Of a stretch of 38,579 nucleotides of DNA, positions 11,752-24,352 are shown piece by piece. A model generated the notes under the pieces. It made no database searches. It saw only the letters and a program-made list of their open reading frames with translations, and was not told the DNA's origin. Position 1 is the stretch's first letter. Each line of letters starts with the position of its first letter. The stretch spans positions 62,001-100,579 of the forward strand of contig JALDZS010000077.1 in assembly GCA_022813965.1 (NCBI GenBank). Direction: 5' to 3'. Origin of the DNA: Toensbergia leucococca. Taxonomy: Eukaryota. A program made the position numbers and the translations under genes.

Positions 11752-14568
11752 TTACGAAATCTCATCTGCCACATCCACGTCGAGGTCCACGTCCCTCTGC
11801 GCCAAGCCATTCCCATTACCATTCTGGATGCCGTTTCCTATCTCAACTTCATTCACGAGTTCCATATCCTGTCCGGCCCCAAGCATCTCCCCAACCCACG
11901 TCTCCTCGACAGCCATGTTCCGCCTGAAGACTCGCAACCACCGCGCACCCCAGACCCTCAGTAGCGCCTCGCCCTCTGGACCTTGATCCCTGGATTCTGC
12001 CATGTCATCCGCGCTCCCCTTTGCAATACCCACTAGTGCATCTTCCACAACCTCGAACAGGTTTCTCATCTCTTCCCTCTCCTTCTGTAGCGTCTCATCT
12101 AGAATGGCAACCTGCTCCGCTGGCAGCCCTCGTTGATTTCTTGCCGAAACAATCTGCCGTACCCGGTTCGTAACCTTGTGGACGGTCGAAGCAACCATTT
12201 CGTAGATGTGGGCTTGCGTTAGGATTTTTCCTCTCCCGAGCTTTTCAACAAGCGCCCACGTTATCACGCTCAGGGGAGTCAGAATCGTATAATTCAACAA
12301 CTTGTCAACAACATTGACGCCCACACCAGGTTTCTCGTTCCAGTACTCCATGACGGAGTTAATGATTTGCCGCCTTGCTAGCTCGGACTGCGGACCGATA
12401 CCTAGCAAACGCTCTTTGCAGCGCTCGATGCTAGAAAGCACGTGCGACAGAGATTTGGAGCCAATGTAACAAATACAGGTCATATAAGCGTCCGTGGAAG
12501 GGACAAGCGGGTCTTCCACACCAAGAGATAATGCGGTTTCTTCAATTGAAGATAGGTGCGGCTGGAGTTCGGGGTCCGGGGCTTTTGCGCGAAGGAGTCG
12601 GAGGATTTCCAGGGCCTGAGGGGAGTATGGAGTTTCTGGATGAATGGTTTATTAGAGATGTCAAATGATACGTTGTGGTTGGATTGTAGACTTACGATCG
12701 GAATTGTATTTGAAATCAGGAGTATCTTGCTCTTTAGCTTGGGATATCAGAGGTTGGTAGGGTTCTGGGAGAGTCCCTCGAATTCTTTGGGCGAAGCTGA
12801 GACGGATTTCTTTCTCCAAGGCTCCGACCATGAAAGCTTTTTTGGGATGTACTAGCGGAAGTTCGATATCGTCCACCCTAACTCTCGATTAACGATGCAC
12901 ATATGCAATTGCCTTTTCAACATACCACTCAGTCCATTTCCAGGTAAATCCGAAATTACTCAAGTGATGAGAGAACCAATCCATGAATCTGTATTCCAGC
13001 TCAAGATCCATTGCGTCTACGTTTCTATAGAGATACCGAATCGCACGTCCGAGACTAGGTGCAATTGCTGCCGGGGCGATCTTGCACGCCTCGGTCAGGA
13101 CCGAATGGTAGTATATCAGTTTGTGTTCCGGTGCGGGCAGCTGGAAAAGCTGAGAGAACACGGCATCAACTGCAACATCTTCGGGCTTCCATGTTGAACG
13201 GAGTCCGGCCACGTCTCGCAAGCGATCGAAAGGTGTAGCCCTCTTAACAAAAGTATCCGGTGAAAAGTAGCAGTCTAGGTCGATGAGAAACTTGGCTGTC
13301 GCATTACGATTGTAGTCGAGGATGTTGATAGTATCGATCAGTGAGTCTCGGAATAGTGTCGATGCTACATCCGAAGTTGAAGGTACTGTCTCGATATCCT
13401 GGTCCGCGTAAACTGAGAAATATATTTCAGGTAATCGCAGAAGCAAGCCGGACGATACTGGAGAAGGTACAGTAATTAAAGGTAATGCATGCTTGGTTGC
13501 TATCACCGATGAAGCGCCTTCACTCTCCTGTGAAGGCGCCTTCCAGGCTCGAGGAATGCACGCCAAGAGCCATGCTTGCCTAGCTTCGTCTTGCAGCTGT
13601 TTCTGTAGTAGGCCGATGACACTCTGCGGTTCATGGGCGCTCTCCTCTCCGCTTGCAGGATAAGGGTCTACTAATGCTTCCAAGGCATGGGGCGTAGATG
13701 CAATGATGTCCGTCTTATCCAGAAGCGCCAGAGCTTGTTCTTCAAAGCCAGTAGCGGAAGATGCCATGACATAGGGTATGGATAAGAGGATAATCTTCAC
13801 AAGTTCTAGTCCCAGGCTCTAACGGCAGCTAAAGTCAGCGCTTGTGGGATGAGACCTTGAAGGGTATTCATACATCTTCCGAAGACGCAGTTTGCAGGTC
13901 AACAGCCCTTGCAAAAAGTTCCTCTAAAATAGGAAAGACGCCATCACCTTCAAGGATGCCCTGTAGGCACGCCAAGAACCTGAGGACCAGCTTCACTTCT
14001 CGCCATGCGCCTGTCTCTAAATGGACCTGAATTTGTGCAACAGCTCTTTCTAAAATGTCATGGGAGATTGCCGGCTTTTGCGGGTTCGCGATAAGGACAA
14101 CAGCAGCTAGGAAGGGAATCTTCAAAGGCTGCTCGACGACTCTTCAGATGAGATCAGCAACGAAGCTAGATCGGGTGTATTAGAGGACTCACAGTTGTAA
14201 TTGCATATCCAGAAAGGTGTTTCGAAGCTCTTTATCCTCGTAGGCGTCGACAACGGTCTTTGCGATGCTACTAACTTCATCCTCGGGTTTTTTCAATGGC
14301 TGGTGGGCAGTCAGTTCTATGGTCTCGTAGAGCAGTGATAGGGAAGACCATACAGATTCAGCAATTGCGAGAAGCTGTTTACGCAACTTGACATGCAGAG
14401 GCTCTTCGTACCTTCTGCGCTGTGGGCGGCGATCAAAGTCATCCTCGTCTGGCAATGAGGGTCAGCATGTACATTGCTTAAGGTGCAGTTGGTCGCACCT
14501 CTATAGCGGCGCTTTCGATTGCTGAATCCACCACGACCTCCGGCATTCTTCTTCTCGTGGTCGGCCAT
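11752..14568 (-). CDS. STO1: Nuclear cap-binding complex large subunit CBP80/Sto1 (MIF4G-like), multi-exon
   Basis: N-terminal NLS-like NRKRRYR. Motifs EQPLKIPF, YYHSVLTEACKIAPAAIAPSLGRAIR, FMDWFSHHLSNFGFTWKWTEW, LEKEIRLSFAQRI and IGSKSLSHVLS. Exons join through GT-AG introns. Confidence 0.92.
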
Positions 14569-15900
14569 TCTCCTCGTGTTAAATGGACTTGACTTGAACA
14601 AGAGTGCAGCAGTTTGCTGCAATGCGTGTCGGCAAACGGAAACTATTATCGCGGATCCGACTACGGTAAATAATTGGAGTATTCTAGAAGAAAAAATATC
14701 GATTGTTCTTTTCACTCTCCAGATTTTGAATTTTCTATCAATACCTTCATTATTCTCAAATGCCTTTTCAAATACATTCGAATCTCTTAACTAGCTCTGT
14801 TTCAACGTTCAAGAGTCCTCGAGTCAGTACTCTAATTGGATCTCACATACTGAAGCTGTCAACGTCATCAGATAAAAGAGAATGTTTTTATATCAAACTG
14901 CATCTGTATCTGTATTTTAAGTATAAAATATCTTTAGTTTATGCATTCAATTATTCTCAGCACTTATAAACAAAGACCAAAAATTTTCGTTTTTTATATT
15001 TTTCGTTTTTGCGTTTCTTTTGATCCTTGCAATTGAAAATGTATAAACATTTTGCCTCCTTTATCTCTATCTTCTACCGCCTTGACGCCAAGTCTTCACG
15101 CTCTTTGAATGCAAAGCAGGACTATGAATGCAAAGTATCACATGTTATATTATGCCGAATTGGCCATAGAAACACGTGTACTCGTAAGGTGTTCTATATG
15201 TCATGTCACATGGTATGGTATCTCATGTACTCGCAATCAGGTACCTGATCTTGAGATTGCTGTATCCCTGAGGCCTCGCACATTCCATGTTCAAATGAAT
15301 CGCACGCAAATGAAGCCGTGCTGTCAGCTTAGGAACTCAAGTCTTTTCAGAGTACATGCATTCCGAGCTGCTGTTTCAGGGCATTTTTCAAAAGCGCCTG
15401 CGCCTTCACGAATGACTGAACACAATGGGAATGCCATAGATTTCGAGAGACAGTGAAACCCCGATATGAATGAGTGCATAGAAATGAGACTCGAGAAGTT
15501 GGCAGTAGTACTCGATTGGGGATTAGAATCTGCTTCACTCGCAAGAAAGCAGTCTAGAACTACGACTTCGTCAGGTCTGTACCATCACGGTGCTTCGCTT
15601 TCACACTACCCTTCGGCCCCGTCCCTCTTCATTTTCCAGACCTTACCCACCAGCATCCAGCTGTGTTGTCCATGCTTTTGCCAACGACATGTGAGAAAAA
15701 TCCCGGCACCGCTTCTAATGAACAGTCGAATACTTTTGTTCCGTGCTGCCACGAATGCCGCATGATCATGTATCCACATATCGCTGTTTTGGAGAAAGAT
15801 GCCTCCGGGGAAACGACTGAAAATGGCAAAAGCCATGATCAACGCCTGCTAAAACCGCTAATGACGTTCACTTCGTTATGCATATCTCGTTTCTTCGAGC

Positions 15901-17426
15901 TTAGTCAAGGCGTGCTAGCATTTCCTCTTTGGCAAGCGGCACGAAGTTCTCTAAGTCTAGCCCGTTAGCAGCCAGACTCTTGCGTGCATGTGGGGGCACT
16001 AGAAGAGCGTTTCTCTCAGGCGCGATGGATAATTCTGAGGAAGGGTCAGCTACCTAGCATCTCTCTCTGCGAGGAAAACTTACCATGCTTCGAGAAATCG
16101 AACAACTTCGGCATCTCCTTTGAAGCGCCATTTGGGTGACGAGAATCGGGAAAGCGACAGTTGGGATCGCGGAGCTCGTCGAAGAAAGGATGGCATATGG
16201 CTTCGATTGCCGAGAGACGTTGAGTGGGCGTGTACTCAAGCAAGGCCGAAATCAAATCGATGGCTTCGGGAGATGCCTTGCGGAAGACCTGAAAGATATC
16301 AATATTATTAGGAATCATAAATCTGCATCACGGCAACTCACTTTGTTGAAGGGATGAGGCTTAATCTGGGGAAATTTGTGCTCCATGTAATTCGGATTCA
16401 TGGTGCGTATTTGCTCACGTGTCGGCGTTCCAAGTACTTTGATGATCTCCACAAGTTGATCGATGCCCGACTCTCCAGGAAAGAGAGGTTGACCCAACAT
16501 CAACTCGGCCATAACGCAACCAGTCGACCATACGTCTATCCATATGGTCTCAGCACATGTTTCTCAGGGACCAATCAAAACATTATTATGCTTACCTATC
16601 TTGGTGGTATAATTTGTCGCGCCAAAAATCAATTCTGGAGCACGATAATACCTCGAGCAGATGTATGACACATTCGGTTCGTTTTCGACTAGAATCTTTG
16701 CACTACCAAAATCACACAGCTTTAAAACGCCAGTGTTTGGGTCGAGCAGCAGATTTTGCGGCTTGATGTCCCTATGGCAAATTCCTTGTGAGTGGATATA
16801 TGCCAATGAACGAAAAAGCTGGTAAATGTATATTTTGATCTCAAGGATCGGCATGGTCGTCTTCATCTTATTAAAGAAGCGTGACGCACGATACACAGTC
16901 TCAGGAACAAATTCGAGAACTAAATTGAGGTAGACCTCGTCTTTCTATATCGTGATCCTTTTTGTCAGCAATTCAGCGTCGGGCAGGGGATCTCTTTTCG
17001 ACTTGCTTACCCGGTCTCCGTTGGAATAGTAAAATGCTTTCAGCTCTACAATATTGGGATGTCTGACAATACGCATAATTTGTAGCTCACGATTCTGGAA
17101 GTCTTAGTGCGATATTCTGAGCAGAACCGATCTTTCTGTACACGTACCTTGAAGCGCTTATCCTGCAAGACTCTCTTGATTGCCGCATCCTCTCCGTTGG
17201 GCGCGAGCTTTGTTTGGAAAACAACACCGAATGAACCGTTCCCTACGATCTTGCACTGTGTATACTGCATCTCTCGCGTTTCACCAGTTACACCGTCTTG
17301 GACCTTTTCGCGTATGACCTCTGTAGCAGGCATCAGCGTCTGCTGCTCTACAACGTATTTCTGTACAATGAGCCCACCTCCCATGCGCAAGCTTGAAAAC
17401 CCCTGGGGGCGATTTGACGATGACAT
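15901..17426 (-). CDS. GSK3: Glycogen synthase kinase-3 family kinase
   Basis: [66 protein letters not shown] and [22 protein letters not shown]. The last exon ends EEMLARLD* (TAA 15903-15901). Confidence 0.96.
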
Positions 17427-20211
17427 ATCGATCGGGCCAAGGCCGAAGTCCGGATGCTTGTGGATACCTGTCGAAAGAACGGAGGAGTCAAGTAAATGAT
17501 CTGATGACGGATAACCCAAGAGTCGTGGTGAGGTCAGTCTTGGACAATTTCGGATGGCTTCCAAGGGCGGGAGAAAGTAAGAGATGATGTTAGATTCAGT
17601 CTGAAGAGGTGAGGCGAGGTTTCGATTGGCGCAGTAGTTGACAGGTCGTCGACAAACAATGGTGTCGTCGCTGCAGCAGTGCAGCACAGCTGATCAATTC
17701 ACCACGTACAAGTCCACAGCACCTTGATAGAACAGTATGACTTGAAGGATCTCAGGTACGAAAGCTATGAGGAACAAAGATCAATGTGGATTGTAAAGGA
17801 ACGTAGTCAAGGTGTGTTATTGGTGGTTCGGCTGATGCTATTGTGGCCACGATGGTTGTTTCAGTGTGTTGGATTGCTAAACGATGTGTAGACGTGGTGA
17901 TCAAGCAATGTACGAGATGATGTCAGGGATCGAAGTGAATATGGAGGCGGAGTAGATCACGGTGAGGAGGGATTCAACACTGTGTGCGTGCGCCGAATCT
18001 ATTGGGTAGAGGCGATATCGTAACGAGAGCGAAGGGGCAGGTAGCGTGCGATTGGATTATTGTGATTTAGGATAAGGATTTGGATGGGAGAAGGGGGGTG
18101 AGGAGATTCAGATGCTTTGTGGACGGAAAAGGGAAGCTTTGAGGGGAAGCTCTTTGGGAGTCGGTAGCGCTGGAAATGATTTAGAGGCTTGATGTTTTTG
18201 CTCACATGAACAGATCTTTCCCGCATGAATTAGTTAGCGCAGGAACCGTGGATTGTTCAACATGGCCCACCACTGACTGCTAGGTACACTCTCGGATCAC
18301 AAGGAAATATGCACGCAACAGCAAGATAAGCAAGTTGATACTAATGCCCATCTGTAGGATTCGCGCCTATTCTTAGCCTCTCTCCATTCATCAACTTCTA
18401 CGAGTCCTGCAGTTGGGTGGGTCTACGAGTACGAGTACAGTCTACTCAGGCGTCTCGTGACTTGGCAGCCTCCTTTTGCAGTGGCGGCATCATGCACCAT
18501 TTCCGCCACAAGGTTGCTTGACTCGACAATCTGCTGCGCCCATGCTCAACGAAGTTTCAGAAATGGGACATGTTGCAATCACTAACAAATCCGAGGTGTG
18601 GTATGCATTGTCATTGATGGAGGTGTAGCATGGTGCGTCATCGAACTACTAGTACAAAGGAAGGTGCAAGTGTCATGTCCCGGTCCGTACATTATCCAAC
18701 TTGGCTTGGCTGATCAGCTGCCCGTTTGACGGGGGTTTGTCTCCAAGTCACGAGCAATGCAGGTCGTACGTGGAAAAATTACGAGTATAAATACAGCATG
18801 TCGCCTCACAATTGGATACCATGCAATTCATTCAGACCCACTCCGGCGGGTGCTTGCTTAGCCGTTCCTGAGAATATCTGTATGTCGAGGATGGCGCATG
18901 TGTTTCTGAGCCCATGGCTATGCCTAATCGGCGCCTGAGCTCGTGATCACCATACCGTAGCCACGAACTTCTCTCACGCTGATGTTTCCATCCAAACTCC
19001 CTGAACGGCTGGCTAGACGTCGTTTGGCCGAATAAGGTCGAATGCATGCCTCATACGTACTTACTCTAGACCTTGTCACGGGCTGCAAGATGCCGCCGCC
19101 TCGAAGATGATGTCAAGATAGACCCTGGAATAACATCGAGCTACATTGGTTCGCTTGGATCCTGCTTACAGAGGTACCTTACTTGAGATTCCTGGTGTCT
19201 GTTGAGAATTACTCCTAAGCTTGAATACGACCGAGTGCCTTCCCGCGCTGTGTGCATGTTGAGTTGTACAGTGTGCTTGCTTCATTGGCTGACCTGGTAA
19301 TGTTCTGCTGGCCGCAACAAGGCCTTTCTTCAATGGCTTTCTTCACCTATAAGCACAGTCAAGGTGACTGGATCGTCCAAGCGGGCTACGAATACCCCTT
19401 CAACGTCACAGCATAACTTTAAAGTATCACAATGACTCCTGGAACGATCAATAGACACATGGTAGATGCTGCAGCCTGCAGAAGATCGAAGCAGAGTTCT
19501 TCAATACGCCAAAGACTGACGAAACTTAAAAATTGTGCTATTCGCTGTAGATCCGTTGAGGTATATGTTGACTGGTCAAACCAACCCAACCTCTGATAAC
19601 GATACATAACCACCACTTTGATAATGAATGGCCATAGAATGAAGGATTTGGCTCCCTCTTGTGGAAGAAAGCATGTTTCTCACAACCACACGTGTGTGGT
19701 GATCCTCGCATACAAGGCAGATTATGCTAGCAAAGCTGCCATTGAAACATTCTAGAGAGAGAATCGACGCATCCATCATGTCTCACTAGGAATTCAACTT
19801 ACAACAATACGGAGAGGTTTTGCGTATACAAGTCACATAACCAGGAACATATAACACAGCGGGAGCGCAGCGACCAACGCCTTTAAATCAATCAATTTCG
19901 TACTCGGTACTCTCGGCAGGAAAATTTGTATGATGCCCAAAATTTAGGCTGGTCTGATAATGAATATGTGCGAGGAATTTCCCAAACACTCAGGCTATGC
20001 CGTATGAGTACGCCGCCCATGATAGTATGAACATTGCTCGGGTGGAGTTGAGCATCTACATATGACGAATCGCTAGGTGGAAATCCTATTAAGACAGGCG
20101 CCGAGAGGAGGAAGAACGGCAGAAGTGAAGGGCGTTCTTGTTTCCTAACGTGTATAATACACGCAGGTGGAGGACAGGGAGTGGATCGAATTATAGCAGC
20201 GTGATGTGTAC

Positions 20212-21446
20212 TTAGAATGGCGGCGGAGTTGCGCTGACACCACCGGTTTTCTCCTGTTGCTCCATCAAGTCCTCACTGGCAGCCTCGATCGAAACGGCTA
20301 GTCCGATCTTGGCTTGTTGCTGTTTTTTTAATAGCCTAGGTCAGCATACCAATTCATGTTTATTGGTATTTGAAAACCTGGCCAACGGGACTATTCTATG
20401 GGGGTAAGGAGTATGAACATACTTTGAAATGGTCCATTTCCCCAGCAAAAATCACTTGCACCGGAGGAAGAACCCTCTTTTCGAGAAGGCAGCTCAGGCG
20501 ACCTGAGCTGTCAATCTGTGCTCGAAATGTCGAAGATCTGAAATCGTACTTGGCCCCTAAGGTGGTGGTGCCTTCCTTTCGCATTCCACCACCCATTAGT
20601 CCGCCGCCCCTCCCGCCCATACCAGGCGGGAACTGCAGATTGAGGTCAACTCCAGCTTCTACCTTCTCCGTCAACTTTCGCCAGTAGGATGTGCTGAACG
20701 CGCCTTGAGGCTGCATCTGGGCACTAGCAATCCAATCCACGCCCTTGTACTTGGCACAATAAGATAAAACAGTCTCTGGACCAGCATTCAGCGCCGCTCT
20801 TTGCCAAATGGCCTCGAGTCCAACGGCAAGACTTGGTGTTAGCGATTGTAGGTAACTAGCTATGAAAATACCAGTCAGACCGCCTTCTAGGACTGATGGA
20901 TTCAAGGACTTGAGAGAGGCAGAGAAGTCTTTTCCAGTAAAGTCGTTATCCACTTGGACCATGGCTTGACCTTGTCCCGGTGAAATCTGCGCATTCGTCT
21001 TTGTGACGAAGGCATTGTTCCATCTATAATTGGCACGAGCGGATAGTTGGCCATCATTATCGATGTTGCCTTGCAGGAAGACCTGGTGCAATCTACGATT
21101 AGAAAAAGTATAAACGCTCTGATCGGAAGCCGCCTACCTTGGGAGTACCATAAAGCGCAGCAAAAGTGTATGGGGGAAGGCCTTGGGATCCCATAGAAAA
21201 TGCATGAGAAACTTGAAATATAGGAACGGCACTGAAAGGTTTTGTCAAATCCGCGCGCAGACCGGTAAACATATAATTGGTGAGAAAGACATCCTTCTGA
21301 ACTTCCCTCGCAATATTCTCCACAGTGCCTGGGTTGGTTAAGTTGAGAGACTCTCGCCGTCGGGAAAAGGAGAGGTATGTATCCCGTAGTACTGTCACCA
21401 ACGCGCTCTCGTTCAAGAATGCCAGCGAGGTCGTCTTCTCCTCCAT
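20212..21446 (-). CDS. TOM40: Mitochondrial outer-membrane import channel Tom40 (3 exons)
   Basis: [56 protein letters not shown]. The last exon 20319-20212 reads [12 protein letters not shown]...PPPF*. Confidence 0.95.
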
Positions 21447-21902
21447 AATCTTGACTTCTTAGCGATGGCCCCTGTGCTCGTCCCCAAGGAGCGTGGAAAG
21501 ACTAGCGATACAGAGACTGTAGAAGTGGAGATATTGTTGGGGTAGATGCCTGGAGGTAGAAATTTGGAACGAAGCTGCTGCGAATTTGGGGGATGAAATA
21601 AAAGCCGTGTCCGTGCTAGAATACGAGTAAGCTACGGTAGGTGGGTAGGTAAGTAGAACTAGCTCTTGCCGTAGCCTTATCTATCGACTTAAGTACCTTA
21701 CATAGGTAAGGTAAGTAGGTACTTACTTACCTAAGGTAAGGTCCTCGTAACTTAGCACTACGAGCAAATCTCGAGTACGTTGAGCGGTTGCCTCACCATT
21801 CATGACTACCTAGGTAGGTAATCTTCACCTCACCGCTATGGGAGTGAGTCTCCTCGAAACCAGCGAACGTTAAAATATTGTCACTTAGAGGCACAAGGCA
21901 TC

Positions 21903-24152
21903 ATGGACACACTTTTGTACGCAAATTTCAATATTAAATTCTGATCAGAAGAATCCAACTATGTCTTGACTATCTAGTCTTTTGAGTCTACGGTTCTAAT
22001 TTACCGGTTCTCTACTCAATAGGACCGCTGAGGTCGCAGCAAAAGCACCACGTTTCCGAAGAAAGTCAAGCACTTGGGTAGATGCGATCCATGATCTGCC
22101 AGAGCGAGTCGAATTGGCACCAGCACAGCTATACAGTACGGAATCAGGTCGTCTATTCCACTCAGGGAGGATAGCGATAGCTACTGTTGGGTTACCAGCG
22201 AGGGGAAAGACGTAGGTGAATCACTTTGACAATGGCAAGGCTACCTCAGCTGACGGTGTTTGCAGTCATATATCTGTCGCTCTAGCCAGGTACCTACGAT
22301 GGTTCGTTCAATCAGTTCCCGAATTTAGAAGAAGTAAGATATTGGCTGCTCACACGACATGGTAGGTTGGGTGTAAAGACTCGCATATTCCATCTCGGAG
22401 ATTACCGACGAGCCATCGTTGGCCAAGGCCAAGATCTTCCAGAGGACTACTTCTTTGTCAATGGTGGGCAATCATTCAATCCTGCATATGGGATCAAATC
22501 AAGAGCGGTCTCAGAGCTTGGACTTTGGGCGAACAGCGCCTTTAAACTCTTAAGTCAACGTGCTGACGCTACCTGGATGAAACCAATCAAATTTTTTGAT
22601 CTATAGGCTGACTCGGCTCATTTCATCAGCATCTGCAAGCTCAGTACTCTTACGCCAGAAAATCCTCAAGAAGTGTCGTGAAGATATATTTCACTTTCTA
22701 AACCAAGAGAATGGGCAAATTGCCATATATGATGCCGTCAATCCACTTGCTGCTGGTCGGAGGTCCCTTGCGAAGGAATTTGCTAGGTACGACGTTGAGG
22801 CATGTACTTGATTCTGGAGCCTGAAGTGACATTGGGATGGTCAGCTTATTACTCATCTGCACCTCAGACTCTTTTCATTGAATCGGCATGCAACGATGAA
22901 CGAATCATTGAGGAGAACGTCCGAAGTGTAAAGATCTCATCTCCTGATGTAGGTTTAAAAAAATTGCAGGCTTTCAGGTCGGATGGCTTACAACAATTTA
23001 GTACGTTGGCTGGTCAGCAGACGATGCAGTCAAACACTACTTGGCAAGGGTTGCTGCGAAGATACCGCATTTCGAAACCATGGAAGAGCCTGATCTCAAC
23101 TATATCAAGGTATCATGCAGTTGTATCTACTATGTGATATTTGTTTTCCGTCGTGGCATACTGATTGACGTGTAGATGATGAATGCTGGAGAGAGGTTAA
23201 CTGTCAACAACTGTACATTCGGGTACCTGTCCCATCGCATTGTCTTTTACCTTCTCAACCTTCACATAAAATCGAGGCATACTTACTTTGCGCGTGTAAG
23301 TTCGAATTGCAATCCAAGACTAGCGCTCATTGACATAGTCCAGGCAGGCACATCGAGGGAAGAGGACTCGTACAAAGCCGATGCTTCATTGTCAGAGATA
23401 GGAAGAGACTATGCGCGGAAGATGGGAGATACTTTGATTCAATATAGAGAAGAAGAGAGGAAAACTCTCATCGACCGTGGTGGAACAAATGTTCCACTGC
23501 ATTCTTTGACTGTGTGGTCTTCTAATCGGAGGCGAACAGGCGAAACTGCACAATATCTTGCCGACCGTGGATATACAGTCAGAAAGAGGTCAACCCTATC
23601 CCAACTGAACCCTGGGTCGATTGCCATGTTGTCAGAGACACAAATCAGAAGGGAGTACCCGGATGAGGTCGCGAAGCACGAGGCAGATCCCTATCATCAT
23701 CGTTACCCAAGAGCGGAGGTGAGTGATAGAATTCTCCAGCGTTTGGAACCGTAACGATTAAAACTTTCCAGTCATACCATGACCTAGCTGTGCGTCTCGA
23801 ACCCATTATCCTAGAACTTGAGCGTGAACAGAAAGATCTATTGATCATTGCGCATGAGAGCGTCCTGCGAGTTCTTTACGGCTACCTCATGGCTTGCAAT
23901 GCCGCCGACATACCAAGTCTCTTTTTCCCGAGAAATGAGATAGTCGAGATTATTCCAGCGAGCTATTTCAATCAGGCTAAGAGGATCACAATACCCGATG
24001 TCTCTGAAGATATTAGAGCTGCCTCACCAGAAAACCCATGCGTTCTTACTGTTCCAAGTGGAGGGATAACACCCCTCAACGGCATGCTCACACCTCAGCT
24101 AGGCACAGGCATCCCACATAATGGGACTGCAACACCACAAGAGCGTTTTTGA
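21903..24152 (+). CDS. 6-phosphofructo-2-kinase/fructose-2,6-bisphosphatase-like protein (YLR345W-like), many exons; start could be 21838
   Basis: MDTLL|TAEVAAKAPRFRRKSS, PAQLYSTESGRLFHSG, P-loop VGLPARGKT, LARYLRWLG, FHLGDYRR, GQIAIYDAVNP, RYPRAESYHDLAVRLEPIILELER, LLIIAHESVLRVLYGYL. Confidence 0.88.
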
Positions 24153-24352
24153 CAATGAATACTTCTCCACGAAAGTAAACGTTTCTTGACTTTCTATGAA
24201 GTTTATTCTGAATCGTGAGAGTACAATCCTCAGCGGGGCATGTAGGGCTGGGAGAACAGCGTACTTTCTAGCGTCATTACGATGTTGACATGATGGTAGA
24301 TGGTAGCCAATACTAGGACATAGGGACATTAGTAGATAATCCGATCTTACTC

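Noticed and set aside
18230..20200. Telomerase RNA, TPP riboswitch or snoRNA in the gap
   Set aside because: I found no TAACCCTAA-type template, no TPP core motifs and no convincing paired C/D boxes by eye. An Infernal scan would be needed to exclude them fully.
22464..22629. 166-nt intron with two GCTGAC branch-like sites as a stwintron or snoRNA host
   Set aside because: No split donor could be reconstituted in the right phase and no box motifs were seen. The upstream TAG (22606) would frameshift.
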